Source: Mobula birostris
Taxonomy: Eukaryota
Direction of reading: 5' to 3'
Length of the DNA: 64,000 nt
Assembly (NCBI RefSeq): GCF_030028105.1
Contig: NC_092398.1
Span: 16,744,182 to 16,808,181, forward strand
A program made the position numbers and the translations under genes. Below, piece after piece: positions 12,160 through 24,529 of the stretch (position 1 is its first letter; each line of letters begins with the position of its first letter). The notes beneath the pieces were generated by a model that searched no databases, was not told the DNA's origin, and worked only from the letters and a program-made list of their open reading frames with translations.

Positions 12160-12727
12160 ATTAAACGGATCGATGAGCATGCAACATATAAATATCTGGA
12201 ATATCAACAAGCAAATTAAATAGCACATAGTACAATGAGCGAAAAACATTCGAATGGGATTATTTCATGGATTAAGAAAAAAACTGTCAAACAGAGCTCA
12301 ACGGTAACAAAATAACAAAGACCATAAACACTTTCACTATATCGATATTAACGCATTCATTTGACATATTATTTTGGCCCAAAACGGTTCTGGAAGATAT
12401 ATAATGAAACAAAAGAACAGAAATGACCAATTGCAGAAAATATTATTTTCACTCAATTGTGCTTAGATTAGCAAAGTCGAGTAGAAGAGGAGGATGGGGA
12501 TTAAGAGACATTAATAATTTACGCAACCATCAGAGAAAGCTTCTAAGGGTATAATTTCAACGACGAAAACATTATTCAGCACTTCCTTCCAGCATTGATA
12601 ATTCTGATATCCCTCTACACAACTAAACTTCAATGAGAGCACAACCCAGCAAATGTTTAAAAATAGTCACTATTGAAGACAAGGTTAACCAGAGGAAGAG
12701 TTTCACACTTTGTGGAAGACATCCCCA
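12160..12727 (+). mobile_element. R4/Dong-like (RLE) non-LTR retrotransposon fragment, 5' part
   Basis: YKYLEYQQ..., TELNGNKITKTINTF and GGWGL..INNL segments. Paralogous to 42150-43265 and continued at 15750. Confidence 0.65.
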
Positions 12728-12729
12728 TA

Positions 12730-13110
12730 TTTACTTATATACACACATTCTTTTTCTTTTTCTCTCTTTCCTTTTTCTCCCTCTCTCCCTCTCACTATAC
12801 CCCTTGCTCATCCTCTGGGTTTCTCCCCCTTCCCCCTTTTCCTTCTCCCTGGGCCTCCTGTTCCATGATCCTCTCATGTCCCTTTTGCCAATCAACTGTC
12901 CAGCTCTTGGATCCATCTCTCCCCCTCCTGTCTTCTCCTATCATTCCGGATCTCCCCCTCCCGCTCCCCCTCCCACTTTCAAATCTCTTACTAGCTCTTC
13001 TTTCAGTTAGTCCTGACGAAGGGTCACGGCCCGAAACGTCGACTGTACCTCTTCCTAGAGATGTTGCCTGGCCCGCTGCGTTCACCAGCAACTTTGATGT
13101 GTGTTGCGTT
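12730..13110 (+). mobile_element. Penelope-like pLTR
   Basis: Matches the 3' terminus of the element at 51390-51750. Confidence 0.85.
13008..13045 (+). ncRNA. Minimal type-I hammerhead ribozyme motif in Penelope pLTR
   Basis: uAGUC-CUGACGA-A-GGG-ucacgg-CCC-GAAA-C-GUC^-GACUg: full catalytic core, stem I AGUC/GACU, stem II GGG/CCC, palindromic ACGU stem III. Confidence 0.7.
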
Positions 13111-13339
13111 GATATGGGGAGGAAATCTAGTCAAGCCTCCTTTAAAGGACTCTAGACATCTCATTTCCAGGATATTGCTGAAGTTGTTAATGATAGTGAG
13201 CTGAGCCATCTGTTGTTTTTATGATTTCAGAAGTGAGGATGTTGTCTGATCATTGCATTTCCATTGATACACCTATGAGTAGCAAGGTTTGTTCCAGGTT
13301 TGGGTGTAAATTAATGAAGAGTATATTATGGTGTATTCG

Positions 13340-13605
13340 GGGTGGCACAGTAGCACAGTGGTTAGCACAGTGCTTTACTGTATAGTGAGCTCGGTTCCAT
13401 TCCTGCTACTGCCAACAAGGAGCTTGTATGTTCTCCCCGTGACTCCCATCGTTTTCCTCCGACTGACTAAAGATGTACTGGTTGGTAAGTTAATTGGTCA
13501 TTGTAAATTGTCCTGTAATTAGGCTCAGGCTAAATTGCGGGATTGCTGGGTAGCATGGCTCGAAGGACATATTCTGTGCTATGTCTCAATGAAAACAATA
13601 AAATT
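13340..13605 (+). mobile_element. V-SINE/HE1-like tRNA-derived SINE
   Basis: 5' ggtggcacagtagcacagtggttagcac (A-box-like), central gagcttgtatgttctccccgtgac, and ttaattggtcattgtaaattgtcc. Confidence 0.7.
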
Positions 13606-13867
13606 AAATATCTGTCATATGAATGCCAGATAATGGCCATCTCATAAAAGAGAGTCAAGCCATCTTATCTTGATAGTCAATGGTATTTCTTGATATTTAA
13701 CAAGAAATTCTGCTCCCCAATAACTGGAGTTACCACTGCCAAGAAATTTATCTGGTCCATCCAGTCACATAATTACTATGACAAAACGTGAGTGATTTGA
13801 TATTTTGCTGCCAGCTGCTCAGCTCCTGACTTGGTGCAGGTATTGGTTTAGTATTCTCACATTTACA

Positions 13868-14122
13868 GGCATCCGTTAGTCTTGCGAGACCATGGATTTG
13901 TGCCTGGAAAGTCTTCACTCTCCAGGGAAAGGTTGTATGGAAGACCAGCAGTTGCCCATGCTGCAAGTCTCCCCCCTCCACGACACCGATGTTGCCCAAG
14001 GGAAGGGCAAGTGCCGATACAGCTGGGCACTAGTGTCGTCGCAGAGCACTTTGTGGTTAAGTGCCTTGCTCAAGGACACAACACGTTCCTTCGGCTGGGT
14101 CTCGAACTAGCGACCTTCAGAT
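13868..14122 (-). mobile_element. tRNA-derived SINE, 5' truncated
   Basis: The minus strand has a B-box-like agttcgagacccagcc followed by gtgtccttgagcaaggcacttaacc, a common SINE core. Confidence 0.6.
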
Positions 14123-14605
14123 ACACATACAGATACTATTCTCACATACAGAACACTGATTTACAGTGAAAAACTATTTTGCAAGCTAACCATACAGATA
14201 ATTTCAAAACAAATACTTTGAGGTATGAAAGTGAAAAACAGTGTGTGGCAATTGTGCTTTTGATTTATATTCTGAACTTGCCCTTGGGAGTGGAGGGTTA
14301 GCTACATTTGTAAATACAAGAAGTGCGAAATGTTGTTTTGTTTGATTGAGGTTTTACTGTTGTGGAACAAAAACCAGAATAGTTGTTTTTCACCATTATT
14401 AGAGCGTAGTTGAATTTCTAGGCAGTCTGTGAGTTTTGAGAGAGTATGGCTGATCCAGAACATTGAAATTTCCTTCTGCAATCCGTAATATTAGTCTGAG
14501 GGAAATGATATTAATGTAAAGGGTTATGAAATTTGTGATAATCGTGGAATATTTTAAAGACAATTTATAGTCTTAGCAAATTAAGGTGACATCAACATGA
14601 TCTAA

Positions 14606-15742
14606 TGGGGGTATTGGGGGTAAGGTATTGATGTGGATAGAGAATTGATTGACAGACAGGAAGCAAAGAGTGGGGATAAACGGGACCTTTTCAGAATGGC
14701 AGGCAGTGACTAGTGGGGTACCGCAAGGCTCAGTGCTGGGACCCCAGTTGTTTATAATATATATTAATGACTTAGATGAGGGAATTAAATGCAGCATCTC
14801 CAAGTTTGCGGATGACACGAAGCTGGGCAGCAGTGTTAGCTGTGAGGAGGATGCTAAGAGGATGCAGGGTGACTTGGATAGGTTAGGTGAGTGGGCAAAT
14901 TCATGGCAGATGCAATTTAACGTGGATAAATGTGAGGTTATCTACTTTGGTGGCAAAAACAGGAAAACAGATTATTACCTGAATGGTGGCCGATTAGGAA
15001 AAGGGGAGGGGCAACGAGACCTGGGCGTCATTATACACCAGTCATTGAAGGTGGGCATGCAGGTACAACAGTCGGTGAAAAAGACGAGTGGTATGCTGGC
15101 ATTCATAGCAAGAGGATTCGAGAACAGGAGCAGGGAGGTACTACTGCTGTTGTTCAAGGCTTTGGTGAGACCACACCTGGAGTATTGTGTGAAGTTTTGG
15201 TCCCCTAATCTGAGGAAATACATTCTTGCCATAGAGGGAGTACAAAGAAGGTTCACCAGATTGATTCCTGGGATGGCAGGACTTTCATATGATGAAAGAC
15301 TCGATCGACTAGGCTTATACTCGTTGGAATTTCGAAGATTGAGGGGGGACTTATTGAAATCTATACAATCCTAAAGGGATTAGACAGGCTAGATGCAGGA
15401 AGATTGTTCCCGATGTTGGGGAAGTCCAGAACGAGGGGTCACAGTTTGAGGATAAACGGGAAGCCTTTTAGAACCGAGATTAGGAAAAACTTCTTCACAC
15501 AGAGAGTGGTGAATCTGTGAAATTCTCTGCCACAGGAAACAGTTGAGGCCAGTTCATTGGCTATATTTAAGAGGGAGTTACATATGGCCGTTGTGACTAA
15601 AGGGATCAGGGGGTTTGGAGGGAAGACTGGTACAGGGTTCTGAGTTGGATGATCAGCCATGATCATACTGAATGGCGGTGCAGGCTCGAAGGGTCTAATC
15701 GCCTACTCCTGCACCTATCCTCTATGTTTCTATGTTTCTATG
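14606..15742 (+). mobile_element. Young 5'-truncated CR1 LINE
   Basis: 241-aa ORF with GVPQGSVLGP and SKFADDTKL. Tail (ctatgttt)n. Candidate TSD gatctaa at 14599 and 15743. Confidence 0.95.
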
Positions 15743-15749
15743 GATCTAA

Positions 15750-16590
15750 AATCTGAGCAGCCGAGATGTCCGCAATGAAGCGTCGAACGACTGACACGGA
15801 GCTGGAGGCCTCTGCCCAATATCAGGAGGGACACTTCTGTCAATACAGGACCAGATTATTAACAAAAAAAACAAAGAAACAAACAATAAAGCTGCATCAC
15901 AATTGCACATTTAAAGACCTGCGAATTCAAGATGATAAATGCAAAATATGCCACTTAATACCTGAAAAAGTCCAATATATTATACGATCCTGCGTAATTT
16001 AACTGTATGTCATTGGTTACACCGACCAAATCAAGTGACAAACATCATTCATCAAAATCTTGCTTTAAGATACAAAGTCATAAAACAAATCATACCTTAT
16101 TATATATACAAACCAGAGCCAGGTTTAGAGTCAAACTCCTATAACTTATATTACGACCGATGGGTTGTTACAAATTGGACAATCCATTATAATCCCCCGG
16201 ATATAATAATGGAGGATAAATAAGCAACAACAACTTACTTAATTGATACAGCTATCACGATTACACATAATCTGCAGACATCAATAAGCAAAAACATCAG
16301 AAATATGCTGAACTAAAAGTAGATATTGAAAGACTTTGGAACGTGTACAGGGTAAATATTATTTCGATAGTATAATCTGCAGCTGATGTCATCCCAATGT
16401 CACTACACAATAGCATTAAACAATTTGAGCTGGACTGAATTATCGATGTAAATCTTCAGAAAGTCACTATGCTAAAGAACACTACGAATTTCCGAAAGGT
16501 CCTAGCAATTGACAAATGAGCGTCCTTCGCCGTGCTCAGACATCAGGTTACATCAGTTTCGGTTGAGAGAAGAAAAAGTTTTGAATAATT
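15750..16590 (+). mobile_element. R4/Dong-like retrotransposon 3' part (Zn-knuckle + restriction-like endonuclease)
   Basis: DDKCKIC..E.VQYIIRSC; NIIHQNLAL; LYYDR..T..TIHYNPPDIIMEDK..YLID (PD-D motif). Confidence 0.7.
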
Positions 16591-16591
16591 C

Positions 16592-16624
<33 letters not shown>

Positions 16625-16625
16625 G
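16591..16625 (+). repeat. (AGAT)n microsatellite (paralog at 44093-44140)
   Basis: Direct reading. Confidence 0.95.
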
Positions 16626-17154
16626 GATGGATAGACAAATCTGATTACGTACATGAATTTCAAAGGCTTTGAAAGTGATGCTATATTTTATGGAATCAGT
16701 TCAGTGTTCAGGTGCACGGATAACATTACTCACCTCAAAATGATAGAGGAAGCAATACCAAGAATAAAAGGGTAATATAACATAGGATACAGTCGGTGGT
16801 ACTGAATCGTCGCTCTTATAATGCTGCAAGCTAAATTTATCGCCGTATATGAAGATTTGGTTAACTGTGATGAATTAGTCTGCTTCGGTTCGCAATGTCA
16901 AAACCTGTTCAAAATATATTGATTGAGAGATTAGCAACTGCGGAGATTATGGCACATGTTGTACAAGGGTTATGCCACTTTAATTTCAGTGGGTTCACGA
17001 TGCTGCCTAGCGGCTAATGAATCGTCAACGCCTCCCGTGTAGAGATCGTGCTAGTTTTTTGATAATTCAGTTGTTCAATGTTTCGATGGTTCTATAGTTC
17101 AGTGATTCATTTGGTTCAATTTAATGTCTCAAAATGTATACAGTATACAACCTG

Positions 17155-18452
17155 CCTTCAATAATGCCAGTCCCTGATTGTTTCTTGTTCCTGTTGGTCA
17201 TCTCTGCAATCTCCCTGTGCATATCCCTTGAATGATGCAACCTGTCCATGGTCTCTATCTTTTCACACCGTTTGATAAACCATTGTTCTTTAAACTTTGG
17301 ACAATCTGCTCTTATTTGTTGGTCCAATTCCTTGTACTTAGATGTGTCCTTATTGTGCTTCCTTCTCTGTTCCATGAGCTTCAGAATTAGATACGTCATC
17401 CAGGCTTGTTTAGCTACTCGCCCTCTTTTGGGAGACATTCTTCAGCTGCAATTTGAATACAGTCCTTCAGTTTTGACCACATGTTATCTGGTGTCTGCTC
17501 CATGTCTTCTACTCTCTGTCCTTTAAACCTATTTTGTACCGCTATAGAAAATATTTCACTATAGTCGCTCGCCTTCAGTAAGTCCATATCCAGCCTGGCT
17601 TTCTTAATCTTTACTCAGAGGTAATCTTCAGGGTGTTGAACAATGAAGCCGGTGTCCAAATTGGTGGAGTGACGGTGAACAACTTGAGGTATGCAGATGA
17701 TTCAGTGTTGTTAGCTGAAACCGAGGGCGAGTTACTCAGAATAGTAGATAAGATAAATGCTGAAGGTGAACGATTTGGTATGAAAATAAATGCTACAAAG
17801 ACGACGATGATGGTGGTATCAAGAAAGAAAGAAGTTCCCAAAATCTGTATCAAAATTAAGGGCCTAGACATAGAGCAAGTCAAGAAGTTTGGGACAGATG
17901 GTCACGGAGGATGGGAAATGTGATACAGAAATTAGACGAAGAATTGAGATTGCAAGATCAACGTTCTGGAGCCTCAGTGACGTGCTGTGTGGCAAGAGGT
18001 TGGACTTTGGGCTGCGTTGTAGAATTTGGAAAAGCTACGTCTGGAGCAGTTTGTTGTATGGAGTCGAATCGTGGACCTTATGGAAGGAAGTGCAACGGCG
18101 ACTGGAGGCATTTGAAATGTGGTGATTAACGAGAATGCAGAAAAATAGATGGGTGATGAAGGTCAGTAATATGGAAGTGTTGAAGAGAGCGAGTAGAGAA
18201 AAGGAGTTACTGAAGAATGTGCAGAAAAGGAAGCTGGAATATGCCGGGCACTTGTTAAGAGGTAGTGGACTCTAGAAATTGTTAGTGGAAGGGATGATAG
18301 AAAGAAAGAGGGAAAGAGAAAGGCAGCGAACCACTTGGTACGATAATGTGAGGCAATGGACTGAGTTGAGTTACGCTAAGGCCAGAAAAAGAGCGCAATA
18401 TCGATGACGATTGAGATGCATAGCCGCCAATCACCCATTGACTGACTGACTG
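17155..18452 (+). mobile_element. RTE-clade LINE with inverted 5' segment; TSD atacaacctg
   Basis: + strand 17605-18450 is the RT C-terminal half (NLYSE..NNLRYADDSVLLAE..GMKINATKT..LLYGVESWTL..RLEAFEMW) with a (TGAC)n tail. 17155-17610 encodes the EN-RT linker on the - strand. TSD at 17145-17154 and 18453-18462. Confidence 0.88.
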
Positions 18453-18471
18453 ATACAACCTGAAATCCTTA

Positions 18472-19092
18472 CGCGGCCGTTCCGAATGAATATCGTATGT
18501 GTTAAGTAGGGGGGCGTGCACAATCCGGATTTGATGGAGACAGTCGTGAGAAGCACAGGGGAACACTTGGAGTAACTTCTGAAATACCTGCTTTGCTGTC
18601 GCTGCTACTGTACGATCGAGAATCTCCGGAGAGGAAGGCCCCAAATCCTCGGGTTTGCCTATTGCCTGTTGCCGGGGTCGGTGTCGAAGCGCTCGGCAGA
18701 GATGGTGCCCGGTGCTCGGTGTTGGAGATTTCGTCGGAGGCTCGGAGTTTTCGGATGGACTCGGAGTCGGACTGTGGTCGGATGCTTCCAGTATGCTGCA
18801 TTGGCAAGTTGGCGGCGCTGGAGTTTCACCGTCTGCGTGAGACTATGGGACTTCCGAGAGACTTTGAGACTTTTACCGTGCCAAAGCCCGTTCTCATCAA
18901 ATTAGGTATTGCTTTGTAGTGTGGTAACTATATGTTATAATTATATGTTTTTGCGTTGGTTAGTTTTTAAATCGGTTTGTCATTTGTTTCTGTGATATCA
19001 TTCTGGAAAATGTTTTATCATTTCTTAATGCATGCATTACTAAATGACAATAAAAGAGGACTGTGTGTCCTCATAATCTAATCTAATCTAAT
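18472..19092 (+). mobile_element. Non-autonomous retroposon or LINE 3' UTR with (AATCT)n tail
   Basis: Second copy in reverse orientation at about 34140-34742. Tail aatctaatctaatc preceded by aataaa. Confidence 0.7.
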
Positions 19093-19366
19093 CATCGTAC
19101 ACATTTGAGGAAAAACATTTTCACCCAGAGACTGGTGGATATATGGAATGGCCTCCCCAGAAAGCTGTGGAGGCTAAGTCTCTGGATGCTTTCAAAAAAG
19201 AGATGGATAGAGCTCTTAAAGATAGCGGAATCAAAGGTTATGGGGATAGGACAGGAACTGGATACTGACCGTGGATGATCAGCCATGATCACAGTGAATG
19301 GCGGTGCTGGCTGGAAGGGCCTAATGGCCTACCCCTGCACCTATTGTCTATTGCCTATTGTCTATA
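19093..19366 (+). mobile_element. CR1 3' end
   Basis: ttttcacccagagactggtggatatatggaatgg...gatcagccatgatc...(ctattgt)n tail. Confidence 0.85.
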
Positions 19367-22300
19367 TCCGTGAAACAGAGAAAAAAAGACAACGAACGAA
19401 TTATATAAGAACGCTCGAACCCCAACGTCATCCCCCCGACGTGCAGCAACAAAGCATCAACCCTTTTCTCCCTCTACAAGTCTACATGTTCCAACAAAAA
19501 GCGTCAAACAGCCCACCATCCACCATGCAAGCAATAACAAATATTATCTTGAGTGCATTATAAGCTACTGTCCTTCTGAACACTTCAACATCTCAACAGA
19601 GCCACACTTACACTAACGAGGGAGAGTGATATCGTTCCAACCACAACGTCTCTGTTTAGACAGTAGTCCGCAGCGTTTCTGATTGCAATTTCTCCCTACT
19701 CGCGAGTCAGCATACTCTCTCTTACCACCCAGAGGATGGAGGTCACCGACAGCTGCGACGACTGTACTGATGCTTAGATCTTCCGAGACGCTTCAGTCGG
19801 CAACGTCGACGAGCAATCGGGTCCTCTACGGGGCCGTTTGAGTCAGACACACATCTTCCAAACTTCTCCTGAAAATATCGAGGAGCCTGGCTACTCGGCG
19901 GCTACCAAGAGCGAAAACCTGCGGCTGTGAAGAACAGAGCAGCTGTAGATCACGCCATTCGACACAGGCTCAGCCACCTTGAGAAAGGAAAGAAAAAAGA
20001 GTGACGAGAACATAAGCTTTTAACTATATCGCGAATATTTTCGAAGAAGTGGGTCCGCAAAGAACTTCTGGCCCTATCTTTAGCTCCTAAAAGTTATGCC
20101 GCTAGTTAATTGATGGGACTCCGCGGTGTTCTACTGAAGTTGATATTGACACACGCATTAGCTGCTTAATGTCACCTCGTCGGTCTCGAACCTCCCAGCA
20201 ATCAGATATAGTGAAAGGCACTGACAGAATATGTCATTGTAATGGGAAAAGGAGACAATAAATTCATCATCCTGGCTGAAAGGTGTTGTGCAAATATTGC
20301 TGCTGATAACTGGTATTTCATGACCATCAGTATTTCAAGCCTGAAATTACGGATTATACAAATCAGGGTATGTCAGAAACATCAGGCATGTCAAATAGCA
20401 GCCGTGGAGCCGGAAACAGCGTTGCCTCGGTAGGTCGTTCGCTACAAAGTTTAAAAGGACACCCGTCCTAATTTTGTCCTCAACGTATTGCAATTGTTAT
20501 TACTGCCAAGGACGGTTTTAAAAATTGCGTCAATTCCGCCATGTCTTTGTTTCTGCCGTTCTCTTTTGGAGATTCCCCTGACGTTTCTCTACACCGATTT
20601 TTCAACATGCATTGAAATCTTAAGTGCAATCGTCAATATACAAGTTAAAAGAAATTTCAGATGCTGGAAAATTAAAGAAGAAATGACAAAAAAAATTAAG
20701 CACTCAGCAGATTGTACAGTACTGATGGAAAGAGGAACGGCGTTCGTACAGTAAAGAGATCAAGTAATTTTAGCTGTCGCAATTTTACAATTCGATAAAA
20801 TATTTTATGTTGGTGAGAAAGTCGTGTTTGTTATTAACTTTCTTTCATACGAAATTTCATTGCACAGAAGTTTATTGACTGACTTAACTGTCGCTCTTTG
20901 GCTGTCACCCAGCGCCTGAACTGCATTCGTTGTTAAAATGTTCGATAAACCTAACCCTTTGTTTTCTATAATAGTCTGCAAGTTAACTTTCAATCCCGAT
21001 ACTTTGATACGGATTAGATTTTTTTAGAACATTTAATACCTATTATTTCCTTTTTTCATACATGGTTTTCCGAAAAAAAAAATCGTATTACTGACTTGCG
21101 ACTGAGCTTTATGATTAAGGCTTAATTTAAATATTCAAAATTCAAGTGAATTTCATTCTCAGAATATGTATATGTCACAACATACACTCATGAGATTCAT
21201 TTCCCGCGGGAATATTCAATAAATGTACAGAATAGTAACGATATCACAATCAATGAAAGAGTGCATTAGCCAACTAACGGTGCAAAGGCAAATATAAATA
21301 GATAACAATAAATGACGAGTGATTGAAATACCAAGGTAAAGATTCCTTAAAGTGAGATAATTTATTGTGCAAGCTTCTCAATAGATAGGCAAGTGAGTGC
21401 AGGTATCCCTTCTTTTTCAAGAGCCTGATAGTTGAGCTGTGGGAACTGTTCCTGAGCCTGATGGTGCGACTCTTGGGGGTCTTGTGTTTTCTATTTGATG
21501 GCAGCAGCGAGAAAACAGTATGGCATGGGTGACGAAGATCTCTGATGATGGATGTTATGTTCCTGAGGCAACTTTCCTTGTAGAACTGCTCAGTGGTTGG
21601 TGCGAGGTTGTGTGTGGGGGAGGGGGGTTGTTAATCTGCAATGTACTGGGCCGAATACATTGCATTTTGCACGATATATGTCGAAAGACATTGGTAGATC
21701 CGTATCAGGCCATGATGCAGACAGCTAAAAAAATACTTCCACTGCACATCTATAGACATGAGACAAAGTATTTTATGCCATACCGAAGTTCCGCAGATTT
21801 CTTACGAAATAGACGCGCTGCAGTGCTTGCATCGCAATTGCATTACTCTGCGCTATACAGGACAGGTCCTTTCAAATAGTAACACTAATAAATTTAAAGT
21901 TTATAACCTACTGTACCTCAAGTACTGCAATAAGGACTAACTCATAGGCCTCTGGTTTCCACCCTCTTAAATTCTACAATCGATGTTTTGAATGCATTTG
22001 GTGTTAGAATGTTCAGGTGATGCTCCTAAAATATAACACTTTTTTCCTCAGAATAGTAATCTACCAGTCAGCCTATCATGCCCGCATGTGTTGTTAGCGA
22101 TTATGTTTCTTAAGTTATATGATGTCTTCTATTTTGGTGGACAATAGAATACACACCTGGATTTTACCGGCTGCAATATTTCCCCACATACATTGTCCTT
22201 ACTTTTGTAAGAGAAAACAACTTATACTTTCAATACCAAACTAACGTCCCCGGGACGTTAAGGCATTTTGAAGGCCTGGTTAAAATAGAATAATAGTACG

Positions 22301-22559
22301 TCTAAACGTAACGTAATAAACAATGCTTAAATAAGTTTACTCTTTCCATGGCTACACTATTGCTGTGCAAAGCGTCACAGATAGTTTTAGACTGTTCTTT
22401 AATCTTGTGTGTCACGGGTACTTCATGACTCATCTTTTCTGTGTTAATTTATTTTTGATGGCTTAGTAACTCTACAAAGTCGTTCTTCTGTTTTCCTGCT
22501 GAGCTGTTATTCTACTTGTTGCTCCGACTTCGATAATCCGCGATACCCAGGGTATCTTG

Positions 22560-23000
22560 GACTTTCGGGCCATATATTTCAGTCTCATTGCAACACGTCG
22601 GGTGTAATCATTCGTTATTTTACTTTTCAATTATTCGCACTAGACCGATTTTGACCTACTTCCAAGTACATCTCCCATTCGTGTTTCGTCAGGTCTCTGA
22701 CTATGATTTCCAATCCACCTTTCCTGAATCCGTGACTTTAATTTTTCATCAGTCCTTTCTCCGTTCTATAGCAACCTTCAAAGTGTCAGTGTTCTTATCA
22801 CTTCCACCAAAATACTTGCCGACTCATCATTCAATTACATGCTCTGCAAAGAAGAAGCCCAATTTCGTTTACTTGATTAAACGACCTCCTTGGACGCACT
22901 TTAAATTTCTTATAGGTACATGAATTCCATGCTACAAAGTTCCAAGCTGACATTACTGTGTTCAATTCCCATAATACTGTCAATCTATTCCTCCTTGCTT
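22560..23000 (-). mobile_element. Very old CR1 endonuclease-region remnant (paralog at about 49250-49700)
   Basis: The minus strand has degraded FVKCVQEGFLNQYV-like and GxSDHN-like segments. Confidence 0.45.
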
Positions 23001-23344
23001 CCAGTCGCATAGCCATCGTCTCACCTCCCAGTATTAATATGGTGGAAGACAATGTTGTCCTTTCATAGGTCAAGGAAGGGTATCAGATATACGCAGAGAC
23101 ACCACTGTTTATATATCTGATTGGGGCGGAAGTTGCACACATATATATGTATAGAGTGGAAGAAGCATTTCGAATGTTGGATAATACAGAATTAAGGAAC
23201 AGCTCTAGAAGGCAGGTGTATGGCTAAGTAACCGGCTCTCTCTCTTTCCCTGTGAAAATATTCCAAGATATTTCCTGTAAGTTTTTAAGTTTTAGTCGAC
23301 ATTCGGATCGACATTCTGCCAGCCGCTAACTGTGTTTGTGGGTA

Positions 23345-24315
23345 TCATAGGCCATTCCAAATATTGGGTCAGGGGTAGATAGTTTGAGAAAATAAAGTGG
23401 CTAGCAAAAGGCCTAGACACATTGGGAGAAGGGGCAACGGAGTGGCCAATGGAATGCAGTGTCGGGAAGTGTATGGTTATGCACTTTGGTAGAAGTAGTG
23501 AAAGAGTTGACTATTTTCTAAATAGACAGAAATAATTTCAAAGAACCCAGACAAACAAAAATTTTAAAAAAACGCAAACTTGGGACCCACTGCAGGATTC
23601 CTGAAATTTTAATTTGCCGGCTGAGTCTGTGGTGAGGAAGGCAAACGCAATTTTATCATTCATTTCAAGAGGACTAAGATATAAAAACAAGAATATAAAT
23701 GTGAAACTTTATAAAGCACTAGTGAGGCCACACCTGTAATATTGTGAGCAGGATTTGTCCCTATTTTAGAAGGGAGATGGTGATACTGGAATGGGTTCAA
23801 ATGAGGTTTAAAAACATGTTTACAGGTTGGGGTGGTTTGTCATATACTGGGCGTCTGATGGCTATGGGTCTATATTCACTAGAATTCAGAATAATGCGGG
23901 GTGACTTCATTAACTTCATATTTAATGGTAAAAGGCTTTGATAGAGTGGATGTGGAGAGGATGTTCCCTTTAATGGGAGTGGATGTTTCCATTAATGGAA
24001 CTGTCTAAGGGCACCAGAGGTCTCAAAATAGAGGTTCCTTCTCACAGAACATAGATCACGAGGAATTCATTTAGCCAGAGGGTGGTGAATCTGTGGAATT
24101 CTTTGCTTCAGGTAGTTGTGGATGTCATTTCCTTTTGTATATTTAAGGCAGAATTTGATAGATTCTTGATTGGTTAAGGCACTGTATTATGGAATACAGG
24201 GAGAAGGCACGAGACTGGGGCTGACAGGAAAATTGGATCAAGCATGATACAATGCTGGAGTGGGCCAAATGTCCTAATTCTCCTTCATTATCTTTTGGTA
24301 TTGTGGTCTTATGGT
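23345..24315 (+). mobile_element. Old CR1 3' fragment (paralog at about 52275-53155)
   Basis: LYKALVRPHL, LYSLEFR and CR1 3' UTR with (ttatggtc) tail. Confidence 0.8.
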
Positions 24316-24529
24316 AAGGGATTTTGATGCTTTGGCAGATATGGAACTAAGCAAGCATTAACTATATTAATGCACACATCCTGGTTACAATCACTAGCAG
24401 GACAAAAACACTCAAAAGACAAGACGGCGGCATGCATCGGCCTCTAACAGAAGGCTATTCTATGCCAAAATTAAGTTCTGTTGCTTTGTTTGATGAGTCA
24501 ACGTGCCGAGCAGAATCTGACAAATGCTA

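Larger units (their letters stand above)
1..16778 (+). repeat. Segmental tandem duplication unit 1
   Basis: Positions 7-80 (ggatatcgtcagtggtact...cttataatgccgca...gaagatttgg) recur at about 16785 and about 44303, and the order of downstream blocks is collinear through the GPCR gene. Confidence 0.85.

Noticed and set aside
12633-13155. Recurrent ORFs with SPDEGSRPETSTVPLPRDAAWPAAF or LVNAAGQAASLGRGTVDVSGRDPSSG peptides at about 8 sites
   Set aside because: These are translations of the non-coding Penelope terminal repeat and ribozyme, not a protein family.
22588-22923. Homologous open ORFs in two units (22588..22923 and 49283..49729, FYFSII.TRPI..) suggesting a conserved novel gene
   Set aside because: The opposite strand shows degraded CR1 endonuclease-region sequence; the ORFs lack ATG starts and differ in length, so they are antisense shadows of a duplicated old repeat.
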